Of a stretch of DNA of 64,000 nucleotides, positions 24,459 through 36,636 are shown one piece after another. Positions within the stretch are counted from its first letter, which is position 1; the number at the start of each line of letters is the position of its first letter. The position numbers were made by a program, and so were the translations under genes. The DNA is from Saccostrea echinata (lineage: Eukaryota), in NCBI RefSeq assembly GCF_033153115.1, contig NW_026889750.1, forward strand, positions 868,001 to 932,000, read 5' to 3'. The notes beneath the pieces are model-generated. The model was not told the origin of the DNA. It did not search any database and saw only the letters and a program-made list of their open reading frames with translations.

Positions 24459-27400
24459 AAATTGTATGATTCTGTTTTGGTGTCTCTGTACCATCATTGA
24501 ATTTTTTCAAAAAAGAAAAAAAAAGAAAAAAAAAAGAAAAAAAGAGCCCAGTCATTTCCCCGTGTATAGTTCCTTTTCTTCCAATACATCTCACATTTTT
24601 CATGCAGAACTTACTTCTGCTAATATCTGCTTTATTTTATTATATAATATTTTTTATTAACTATTATACATTTATCCCCCCCCCCCGGTCAAATCCACCT
24701 CTGTATTGAAGACTCACCTGCTTAGACGTGTCCCCTCCTTTCGCCTCTATAATTTTGCCAATATATGACTATACTAATACTACGCAATAGAAAATAAATC
24801 TAACTTAGGATTGTCCTCCTTCAAAAATATTTTTTCTTGTCAAAGAATATTGTTGTTCAGTTGACCCCCCCCCCCCCAACACACACATACATGTACACAC
24901 AAACTGAAACAGCTTTTTATGGGCCTGATAATGTATATAAAATCTTGCAAGGTCCTACTGATATAAAATTATATTTATTTCACTGTGCATTTGTTCGTTA
25001 AGAAAAACAACGTTAGCATTCTATGAAACACACTTTGAAGGTAAACGACGATCGAATTATCTATACCCCCATAAACCTTCAAGTTCCGGCCGAGGAGACC
25101 TGGTTTGCACAGAAATGTTAGAAAACGCGTGAATGCGGCGAACGTATGGCAAGATTCAACCTGATTTGATTTTATTTCAATAAATGACAGCTTCCGATGT
25201 CTGAGAAAAGTCCGACTTTGGCGAGAAATTCTCGCTATTAGTCAGAAAGTGCCCCTAAGCGGAATCCAACATGGAGGCTAGTTTCATGCCTTGTTATGTT
25301 TATAGTATAGTAGATATATATTTTTTAACAATTAAGCTGGGGGGTGCCTATGGTAAAAATTACCAATAAAAATCTATACGAAACAACGAAAACAAGCGAT
25401 GTAAGGGCATTACTAAGAAATTACAGATGGAGATGGATTGGCCATGTCTTAAGAAAACCAACAAACGATATCACAAGAGTGGCGCTAAGAAGGGAAAAGG
25501 AGGAAAGGCCGACCAAAAACAACATGGAGGCGAACAGCTGAAAAAGAACTGAAGGACATGAATCTTACCTGGGGAGAAGTGGAGAGGACAGCTAAGAACA
25601 GAGAAGAATGGAAATCCCTAGTCCTTGCCCTATATGTGCCTCCGGGTGCAACAAGGACTAGCTAGGTAGGTAGGTATCTGCGATAAGATGAAACTGATTA
25701 CTATTTTTGAGAAAAAACACATTTCTTAACAATGTTTAGATTCACTCTTCGTGGATTCTCAACAGATGCTGAATTTGTATCACATACGAATTTTGTATTA
25801 TAAGCTTGCCTCCGTGTTTGAAAGATTTTACGTATGGTTGCATGATGAAATAAAAAATGTGACAAGCTAATTAAACCTTGCTTGTTTTCTCGGAATTTTC
25901 ATTTTCACCCTTGGGGCCAAATGAGGGTCGAAAAACGGTGTTTTTCATTTTACAAAAAGCTGGTCCCCAGAACTCCTCGTACATTTTACATAGTAGGCAT
26001 TCCATCTTTTAGAAGTTAATTGGTGGTGTTTTATGCATGGTTGTGCAATAAGGTGAGAAATTTTCATTTTCACCTTTGGGGTCAAAAACCTGGTGCCCAG
26101 AACTAATACATTTTACGCAGTAGCCTCTCGATTGGATATCTTGCAAACGTGCAATAAGGTTTCGGAATTTTCATTTTCACCGTTGGGGCCAAATGGGGGT
26201 AAAAAAAAAATATGACGTTTTCAAGTTCCAATCTTGTCCGATTTTTTTCTTTGCAGAAAAACGTTTATCTAAACCTTCCTTTTTTAAAATCTGAATATAT
26301 ACTTCATCACACTTTCTTATTCCAGACCAGTAATGAATTTATTAATCGTAATACTTACAAGAAGCCCATGGTGATATGCTCACCTGCATTTTATGCTCAA
26401 TTTGATACATGCATACATACTTTATGTAAATTATAGAATAACTTTTGTGGCTTCCTTGCTACCCAGGTAAAGGCATTTTACGGCAAACACGTACATGTAC
26501 AGGTATATTACTGTGTTATCATCTAGTTCCTATCAAATCTAAACCGATATTGTGGCCACATCTGTCTCAAGCCCGTAATATAGCTGATTATTATGCCTAG
26601 CCTGCGTTTTGTCAGACGTATTTCGGCTGCATGAATTTTTGAATCGCTGCGGCGGCCGAGAAAGGACTTTATTCGAATACCTTCAGTGATATTACCAAAG
26701 TTATGGCAACATTATTGGAACACTACAATGGCTTCCAAGTATGATCAAATTTGGCCAAATTTAAGTACTCTTGAAAGCTGTGGAATGACTCCATCACTCC
26801 ATCAATACACATTTTTTTCTTTATCCATTTCCTAAAAATTGTAAGGGATCCAGCTCTCGATTGTTGACCGTGGCCTCAATTAATTTTGTTTTGTGCCGTT
26901 TGGTTAACATTTTCCATCGGATTTAGATATGAGTTGAAAATGTATATATTCAGACGGATGATGAAAGGGATGCGCGACTAACAAGATAAACCGCAGGTAT
27001 ATCTATAATTAGATAACACCGGGGACTATTCACCCAGTCTGAACTACATTTTTGTATTCACTGCTGTCATATCCCCCTCAATGTTAAATTTAAGGATAAT
27101 CTATGACTGAATTTTATCCAGTTTTTTAGTGGAGAGACATAAATCTCATTATCGACACAGGTTTAAAAGTAATTATACATGTACCACGATTATCATGCTT
27201 TGCCTCGTATTCATGCAATACAATGAAAAAAAAATTCAACGGAATTGAATTTATTAAATAGAATAATTTATTCATTTATTTCAAAAATCCCCTGCCTATT
27301 TCCCTGCAGAGTTGCCGAACGTCCCTCTCTTAGACTTCTGGAGTGCGTAGTCTTTTCTTTTCCCTTGGCGTTTAACAACGTTATCTGCAGCAATTTCGGT

Positions 27401-27979
27401 TTAGTGTCGCTTTGAAATTTGTGTCTCCATTACTCTATCTCTGATGCCTTTTACGTAAAAATTTGATATAGAAATTAATTCACTTTTTTCTGATTGCTTT
27501 GATAAAAATTTGAATTTGATATTATACATATTATCAGAGAAACATGCAATACTGCAATAGTAAATTCTCCGGGCGATAGACTATATGGGCCTTCTTAAAA
27601 ATCTTCATAATATTATTACCAGGAAAGATTTTCATTTAAAAATTCACTATTTTAAGAAACATTTAATAAAATGATAGTCATTCAAAATTTGGTTAGTATT
27701 TGTTGAATGTCTAAGTTATAAACATTGTCTATGACTTTTTGCGACAATCCTCTTATATAATTAATGAGAATGAGAAATACAACACACACCCTCACACACA
27801 CATAGCTTTAATCTCAATTACCGGTATTACAGTATATAGTGTATGTACAAATACACTCGTTCAAAATTGATATAGAAAAAAAATGTTCAGGACTCAGTTT
27901 TATAAATATATTACACAATAATGGCAAAAACGAACGACTCTTTTCAACAAAATAAGTAATATTGAAAGAGAAGTATTGT

Positions 27980-30900
27980 TCACAGAAGTCCCTTTAGCGG
28001 GGTACTTTTGGGTGGCTCCTCCTTCCAATGAGGGGGTTGTGTATTTTTGAGGCTTGGACGAGTTGACAACCTGTCAAAATATGCCTTCAGATTTGGGAGT
28101 TTTTCCAGCTCCAGTCCAACACGAACAGCAAAGAAAATGTACGGGTAAAAGTAGACATCGGCCATGCTGAAGTCTGGTCCTGCCAGGAAGGCTTTTGTCT
28201 GTAAAATACATGTCAAGATGTGTAAAATGTGATAGCACAGGTCTTAAGTGACACACGAGGAATATCAGTGACTTTGAATTCTAAGAATTTCATACATGAA
28301 GAATGTATCTTACCCAGTGAACTTCTGACTATCTAAATAGTGTTACAAACAAAGAATACTAGACTGATAATTACCTCCCCTAGGTAGCCCTCCCACCGTT
28401 GTAACTCCTCTTTCAGTGCATCAAACTTCTTTTTCACCTCTTCCTATAATGTACATATAATTTACAAAAATTTTAATTGTATTCTGTCAATTCAGTAAAC
28501 CATTATTAATGAATGAGTGAAATACATACTGATCAGAGATGTAATTATTAAAATCACAGCAAAATGACGATGCAGTAAATAAAAAGTACAATTGCACATA
28601 ATTTCAAAAGTGCTGTGTAAACAAATTATTTAGCAGCACATAACTCAAATAAATGTTAGAAAAGTAATCAATATGCTCAAATCCATGAGTAAAACAAATA
28701 TATTTTTAGGAGATTCCCATTGAGAATGTTTCCAAAATAAAACTGATCTCCCCTCAGAATGATATAAATTTCACGAGTATCCAATACGATTGTAAAAAAT
28801 ATTTCGGAATTATACTGCATGTATGCGTACGCCCGATACTTATTGGTGAATTCAGAGAAAGTCATTTATTGTAATTTAAAAAGGAAATTGAGGACGAAAT
28901 GATCGAAACCTTATGTAACAGGAAAGGAGAAAATTTATGGATGATCCAGGAATCGAACCTGGGACCCCTGCATTACTGGTCAGGTGATCTAAACATTGAG
29001 CTATCCAGGCTGATATCTACGGTCCATATATAGCCCCCCCCCCCTTAAATTGCTGAAGACCTCTATAGGACACACAACCCATTTTCTTTTTCCCCTGGCG
29101 GGACTTTCATCTGCTAGTCTAGGGATGATCAACAGCACCGAATGTAACATGTAACAGGAAAGGAGAACATTTATGGCTGGACGGAGAATCGACCCTGCGA
29201 CTCCTGCACTACTGTTTAGGAGCTGTAATTATTGAGTTTTCTATGCTCAAATCTATAGTCCAGATAGCCCGAAGCACTACACTTGGAATGAATGAACATG
29301 ATGGCGGTAGTTAATATCAAAAGGTAAAATTATAAGTTTGTGTAAAACAATATCTTTCCAGAAACAATGTTACAATTATGTTCTACAGGTTGTATTTTTT
29401 TTTTAATTTTTTTTCGGCGGAATGGTGGTTTGGAGATCCCCAATATAAATCTCATGGGTCAGGGTGAGAAAAATAAAAATAGTACGAATTAACGAAGAGG
29501 GTACACAACGCAGAATGATATTAATTTTACTTAAAAGGGATAATACATTCGTTACCCCCCCCCCCCCCTTTTTGAAATTTTGTGTTTTCTGTATTTGTTT
29601 TTTTTTTTAATTCTAAAAGCTATGGTCATTCCCAAAACAATTTTATAAATACCTACAAAATGGACACACACATCGGCGTATAGAGGAATCAAAATGAAAG
29701 GTGTTACCTTCTTTTGGTCTTCCTCTTTTGTTTGCCACATGTAGTAAATTACGTCCATTATCATCTTCTGCTGCAGATTACTAGCAGCCTTTTGTGAAAT
29801 AAAGAGAATACAAATCACGTTTGTCTGTATACTGAGACTACAATGCTATGATGCAGCTTAAACTGTATATAACAAAACATCCATGAATACCTAATTCTGA
29901 GGGATCAACAGTTAAATGCTTGGATAAGTTTACAATATTAAAATTGTACTTAAGATTGAAATCTTGAAATCAGCTATTTAAAACCATTTTTCTATCAAGC
30001 ACTGAAATTTGACCAAACAAACCTCATCACATTTATGGGAGGTGGAGAGGGTTATTATAAAATTAACCAATAAAACACTGCTACTTACCTCATGCATACG
30101 CTGTAGAACCTTTGCTCTTTTGGCTTTGTCATCAGGTATGAGCTTTGTACCACTGCCTTTGTAAGTACTCTATAACAAAGCAAATAAAATCATATTAAAT
30201 CAAGCTATTATTTCATTTCTTGAAATTATTCTTGAATATATGTAAACTATTTCTTTTTATAGATTCCTTACTAAAAATGTGAAACTGAATAGAAGGATGT
30301 CTTAAAATTCTCAAATCGTTACCTCTAAGTAATCACATATGGCATTGGATTCATTCACCACTATGTCGCCATCTTTGAATGTTGGGACCTTTTAGAAAAA
30401 CAGAAAAAAATATACAACATATACGTACAAGTTGATTAATCTTGCTGTTAACAGGACTTCCCTGTATGTTTTTGTGAACAGATAGAAAATGTGTCTAATA
30501 GTTAAATTTATTATCTAGCTGTGGATCCATCACAAAAATGTTGAGATCCTAAGTAGATATTTCATTGAAATTTGACCAGAAAATATACTCCAAAAGGCGG
30601 CTTGAAAATAAATTATTTTCAGAAACTTTTTTATGGGTGTTTAATTCATGTACTGTATTTAGTATTATTGTTTGTATATTTAACGTCCCTTTCGGGAATT
30701 TTTCACTTATATTGAGACGCCACCACTTGCCGGTGGAGGGGCTGCAAATTTTAGACCTATACTCAGTACTTAGGGCCATTGAGCAGAGGGATCTTTCATA
30801 TGCCAGCACTTACTGCGACCTCGGTCTCATCCGAAGGACCGTCTCCATGTCCCGCAGTGGATTCGAACGATTACTTGTAATTCCTTACTCCGACTCTTGC

Positions 30901-33642
30901 GACTATAGAGCAAACGCTCCAACCACTGTGCTACACAGGCGACTATTTAGTATTATATATTTCTTTGTATTGTTTAATATCCTTAATATTCTTTTTTTTT
31001 AAACTGTATATAGCGTTACTATGGCTTGGTACCAATTAGAACATAGTACATGTCAATAAGTGGACAAAAACTTCTATTTCAGGAAGTTATCTGCATAATA
31101 ACTTATTGTTATTCCAGAGAAGAAACTTTTGTTGTTTGACTCAATAAAAATGCTCTCCCATGGATGGTTGTATGAATATTCATTTGAACAATTATCAAAC
31201 AGTTTTGTTTTGTTTGTTTGTTTGTTTTTTTTTTTTTAACACATATTTGAAATCTTTGAATTGTTTTTGAAAACTTTTTTTTAAAAAAGTATCAGTCAAA
31301 ATGAAGTCATGGAGATTGCCTTGTTTATGGTTTTTGTTCATCTAATTAATGTTGACAATAAAAGTTGCTCATAATTTGAACAGCTTGTCTGCACATATTT
31401 GATAAGGAGACGGGTGAACATTACGAGCGATAAGCCTATATTGTGACAAACATGAAGATGAAAAATTAAATTTCAATTATATCAAAATTTTCCTTGATAT
31501 TTCGTCTAACATTAAAATCTACTTTATGTGAAATCTCTACAATTTGCAAAAATCCCTCAAAGATTGAAATTATTTGCCTGTGAAATATTAGACACACACT
31601 AAAGCGAACAAAAAGAGTCGTTTTCTAATACTATAACACTATTTTTCGATATGAGTGGGTCTTCGCTCCACCTTTTTGAAAGTTAATCCTCAAAGTTTGC
31701 ATAAAAATATATATTTTTTGGTTACCAAAAATATGGAGCAATGACCCACTATACCTTAAAAATATACTTTTATGACATAACATTCGCATCTTTTCGAGAA
31801 ATACTCGAAGTCCATTAAGTCAAGGATCATATCACAAACATGATTTAAATGCCACCCTTAATCAGTACTTGTGTAGTCTAGTGGTTAGCGTGCTAGTCTC
31901 GAAAGAAAATCATACTCAGGATTTTTATTGCTAGGGTTCGAACCCCACGAATACCACATTAATTTTTTTTAATAAAAGAATAAATTTTGCCGAGAAAGTT
32001 TTCCTTAGAAAAGTTTTGATTATCATAATTTCATAAATTTCAATAATGAGAACTTTACTCTAAATACTAAATGCACAAACTGAACATGATTTTTATATAT
32101 CTGAAGCTATAGGCTTTCTGCACGCTATGTTCGCCCATCTCCTTTGGATATATTTAACAGCTTGTCTGGACATTAAACGGTTAAAGAGAATAGAGAGGAC
32201 ATGAAATCGGTAAAAACTAAAGAAATTGAAGTTATGTCCAATGGACTTCTATAAAAGAAAACACTAGAAATTGTTGATGGAGATGAAATTATCACCGGAA
32301 ACAAGGCGTATATCAAATTTAAAAGAAGAACTTGCAGATCCTATACAACATGCCTCCTGACAAAGAGTTCAACGATCTGGAAATCCAGAAACTTTTTGAA
32401 ATGAGTATGTTTAACCCACAGAACCAAACAAACAAACAACTAAACATGCAGAGACATGTCTATAGGGAGAGTTACAAAGGTGGTTCTCGTCAAAATACCA
32501 ACCTCCTAGTGGATATCACAGTGTTAAATGTCTTATGTTGTATAGAAGAATTATCCAATAAAGGGAACCAAATAGAAATTATTCTAACTGATTTCATTTA
32601 ATTCTTATGCGGTACCAATTTTGATGCACCAGATGCGCATTTCGGCAAACATGTCATTTCAGGGTACAAGACTTTTTTTTTGTCAAGTCGAAGGATCCTA
32701 GCTGCGACAGAAGAGTCCTGCTTACAACTCCGATTGGATACCGCAACATTGATTGAGGACCATTTTGAAATCTTATGTAACTTTGTAACACTATTAAAGG
32801 TGAACAAAATTATCATCTTAAATGTGGAGCATAGAAAAATGTCAGCTATGGTGTTTTGTACAGTGAAAATATTACCTACCAAAGCACTCTGTTATATCTA
32901 TTGAATGTACTCACAAGAAAATATGCAAAGTTTATTTATTAACCATTCAGATGTAAAGAATTGTAATGTGTTCATAATATATAGGTGCTTATTTACATTA
33001 TTGTTTATATAAAAGTTCCATGTTTACAAACTTAAAAATAGACCCATATGTCATGTGTTTAATATTTCATATTGTCTAACCTTTGACATACTATTATAGG
33101 CCCCATTGTATATAAATTCATACATATAGCACGTTACTATGATAAAATGCACACCGAATGTCCGGTGCCTCTTTATTTACTGAGTTTTTTAATTAATTGC
33201 AGATTTCAAATTTTTATTCACATTTTCTTGTTTAGAAGTCCTTAAATGCAAATTGCATTGTTTATGCAATAATGCATGCAATCTATTATTAAGCGTATAC
33301 TCCGTTTCATGTCCTTAGATTTAACCACTACTTCTGTCATTTAGACAATGAAATGTGCATTGCATGATATTTTATTATCAATTATGTGAATTGACATATT
33401 TATCGGCATCCCCCACCACGCCATTTTACCAACTTACTAGTCCCGCTGCTGTATGCAGATGAGGACCCACTTACCTGACCCCGGGGATTGAGCTTCATGA
33501 TATCCTCTCCTTTTTGCTCGTTTTTGCTGAATGTTATCAGTTTGTTCTTGTATCTCCCAAATCCTTTCTCCTCCAGAACGATCATGGGCTTCCAACAGGG
33601 GATGCTTCCCGACCCCCAGTACAGAAACATCTTGTCAGCCAT
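27980..33642 (-). CDS. Glutathione S-transferase, rho-class-like, copy 2 (227 aa, 6 exons)
   Basis: Exons 33475-33642, 30323-30388, 30089-30169, 29708-29788, 28375-28443 and 27980-28198; open frame; closest paralog of copy 1. Confidence 0.95.
28914..29280 (-). repeat. Two tandem tRNA-derived units (tRNA-Thr(AGT)-like pseudogene or SINE head)
   Basis: Unit ATGTAACAGGAAAGGAGAA.ATTTATGG..GAATCGA.CC occurs at about 28914 and 29150. The minus strand shows A-box TAGCTCA and B-box GGTTCGATTCC; stems are mismatched. Confidence 0.6.
30668..30945 (-). mobile_element. tRNA-derived SINE (same family as 50201-50517), older copy
   Basis: Shared core ACGTCCC.TTCG.GAATTTTTCACT.ATA..GCCGGTG.AG.GCT.CAAATTT..AGGGCCATTGAGCAG; TTCGAA B-box remnant. 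Confidence 0.75.
31405..32143. mobile_element. TIR element (Kolobok-like) containing a tRNA-like segment
   Basis: TIR AGGAGACGGGTGAACAT..AAGCCTAT / ATAGGCTT..ATGTTCGCCCATCTCCT; internal GTAGTCTAGTGGTTAG..GGTTCGAACCCC at about 31873-31946; TSD not clean. Confidence 0.6.
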
Positions 33643-33699
33643 AATTCTGCGTGCAGCCCCCTCACAGAAATGGATTTGTGTATGGTATCTCGAGCGGGA

Positions 33700-33825
33700 A
33701 GTTTTTAAATAGAATTTAACTGGGTCAACAGTTTAGATGACACAGCAAGGTCGTCAAATTTCATAATAGAATATAGACCTGCAGAATTTTTACGTAATTG
33801 TTTAGACGCCCGAGTACTGTGGAAT
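33700..33825 (-). promoter_or_regulatory. GST2 proximal promoter: TATA-like box and antioxidant response element
   Basis: TATTTAAA on the minus strand at about 33704-33711; ATGACACAGCA (33737-33747) fits RTGACnnnGCA; flanking blocks are conserved upstream of GST1. Confidence 0.6.
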
Positions 33826-35558
33826 TTTACATAGTTACACAGTAAACTAAATGTATATGCATGGCATTGCACACTTTTTGATCAGAATTGTACTAAAGAC
33901 AACATATGCAGACAACAGACGTTACGATGGACTATTTTTGTACACTATAAATTCCACATTCCAAAATTAAGCTTGTACAAGTATAATATACATTTATATA
34001 AGTAACACTTACTCTGTTTCTTACAAAGTGTATATATAATGCAGCGGTATAAAATCACCCCACATTGACATTATAACTTGAATTTAGATTGCTTGTAATG
34101 TTACTCGATTGTATAGCCTGATTCTAACCCTATCCCAGGAAAATTTAATTTTATAAAATCAAGTTCATATATAGGCCTATATACTTTATAAATCAAGCTC
34201 AGAAGTTATATTTCTTTGGGCTATAACATTTTAATACTTAGTTCTTGGACAGGGATCATTCAAATTTTTCGTACTCAACACCAAGGTTGCTCATGACCAG
34301 AGATGTTTAACATTTAAACGAGTGTGTCAAGTCTAAGACAATTGTCTTTTTAAGGAAGTTGGATGTCATGAGATTTTAGAAGCTAGAACCTCACTTGTCT
34401 CAGATAGTTCAGACTCGCTTTTTATGGAATCATTACAGATAGTTAATTTGCATTCACCTTCAATTTTACATAGCCCTGAGTGCACGATTGCATGTAAATG
34501 TGACAAAAGTTTTAATAAAACAACAAAAAGACACTTTAAAACAAGTTGACAGTGTTGATAAGAACAATGCATTTGATGAAACGTAAAGCCATAAAGACGG
34601 TCAGTATAACGTATTTTGTCGTGTAGATATAGATAAAACCTAACTTTGTGTTTATCTTTATGTTTTAAAAAGTATTAGATATTTTAAATAATTTTTAGGC
34701 AACGGTCGAAATGGATAGAGGCATCATTACACATGCACATGTTTAAAATTTATTTGATGACTTCCCATTATTAAGGATTTTATAAGTCAAAGTGGTAGCA
34801 ACATTTCTTTCCCTCGTATAAAGAATTTTGGTTTAATCTGTGTCAAATCTATGGTCTTTGCTAATTAACTGATATAAACTTTTATGCATAGTCTGCAGTA
34901 TATCAGCAATATTTCGATGGCAAAAAAAAAAAAAAAAAAAAAAAAATACAGGAACTTCTAAATATTTTGAATCGCTACAGTGGCCAGAAAAAAGGTCTTC
35001 TCGTAATAAAGTATTTATCAGGCATATACGTACATATTTCATCTCTACAAAGAATAACGATCTTTATATCATGAAAATGACAATGTTGTGAAACAAGTAT
35101 CAACCAAATCATGGCATGAGAAATATCGTGTTGTACATACTGTTTTATAAACAAAATATTGTTTGATATTTGAAATCTTGAAATGAAATACCCAACACTA
35201 GTCAACACTAGTCAGATTGTTCGCTATTATCAAGCCATATAGTTCAATTTCTTCGATTTATGGTCTCAGTGAGTATTCATACTTAATTCAATCATATTTT
35301 TGTACTGGTTAATCTCTTTTTTCGACATTACTTTTGTTTTTCAAATAAATTAGAAAGAAAGAAGAGAAAAACTCTTTGTTCATTTACTATCACATTTAAT
35401 CCTGTAACGACAAGTACTTATATCTTTTAAATGGTGATGAAGCAATTTTAGAATTCAGGATATAAAGCATATCCATATCACATCCATGAAACTATGTCAT
35501 GTAACATAGAAATTTTTTACGTAATATTTTGTTATTTTTAAGGAGGTAAACTACGAGT

Positions 35559-35825
35559 TCAGAAGATGCCTTTAAGAGGGGTGGCCTTTGGTGGATCTTC
35601 CTTCCAATGAGGTGGTTCGGTAGACTTGACACTAGGACGAGCTGACATTTTGTCATAATAGGTCTTCAAATTAGGGAATTTGTCAAGTTCCAGTCCCCAG
35701 CGTTTACCGAAGGCGAGGAATGGGTAAAAGTTGACATCAGCCATTGTAAAATTGGAATCAGCCACGAAAGCTTTAGTCTGAAAAAAAAAAAACAGATTGC
35801 AAAAGGATAAAACACTAACTCATTT

Positions 35826-35859
<34 letters not shown>

Positions 35860-36545
35860 AGTCAAGAGGCTATATGAAATCCGATGAAGGTATGACCAGT
35901 TACTACATATATAACTCATCTGGTAATTATTGACAAAACGGTGGTAAATGAAGCAATCGCATTAAACAAACTGTAAGTAGTGATTTAGTAGTTTTACTTT
36001 GAGATGTTCTACCTTCTCTAAGTAGCCTTCCCATCTCTGTAGTTCCTCTTTCAGAGCTTCTCCCTTCTTTTTCAAGTCTTCCTGTATTGTAATGATTTAA
36101 AAAAAAAATCATTAAACAAGGAATTTTGTAAAAAACAATGATCGAATGCGCGCAGAGACAATTAATTTGTCACATCAGCTCATCGTATATCATACTCTAA
36201 ATGTAAATAAAACAGATTTTAAAATCAAACCTCCTAACTATGGTCCTGTATATCATTTTTCTATAATCATTGCTGAAGGCAGCAGTTGTATACAGGAAAC
36301 AGAACATAAACATTCTAGAGCTAGCACTTTTATACCAGAGGGTCACTCTACCTTAACTGTTACTAAAAAGCTTATTATAAAGGAAAATTATAGCAGAGGA
36401 TCAATCTACCTTAACTCTTACTACAGCTACTATAAAGTAAAATTACCGGCTTTCGATCTTCTTCTTTGGTTTGAAAGAAATAAAACAGTAGATCCATCAT
36501 CAATTTCTGCTGCATGTTGTTAGAGGCCTTTAAAAAATGTTTAAG

Positions 36546-36636
<91 letters not shown>

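Larger units (their letters stand above)
21688..25352. mobile_element. Non-autonomous hAT-like foldback element with about 320-bp TIRs
   Basis: Ends CATAGGCACCCCCCAG...CTGGGGGGTGCCTATG; 8-bp TSD GTAAAAAT (21680-21687, 25353-25360). Removing it restores the LINE frame IFWPVKITNKNLY. No transposase ORF inside. Confidence 0.93.
20280..25675 (+). mobile_element. Decayed, 5'-truncated RTE-clade LINE (reverse transcriptase pseudo-ORF) split by a DNA element
   Basis: Fragments LPKKGNLTNCNNWRGITLLS, EQAGFRKGKSCCDQ, GVGQGCV, VYADDLALL, YTYLGSVV and WRWIGHVLRK, with frameshifts and stops; ends in a short (TAGG)n tail at about 25661-25675. Confidence 0.92.

Noticed and set aside
28930-29010. Functional tRNA gene
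   Set aside because: Mismatched stems, an altered anticodon arm and a repeat context; treated as a tRNA-derived repeat.
30565-31002. 145-aa plus-strand ORF
   Set aside because: Runs through a SINE inside a GST2 intron and has no recognisable domain.
32160-32904. Short ORFs that might be transposon protein remnants
   Set aside because: No recognisable motif and no element boundaries.
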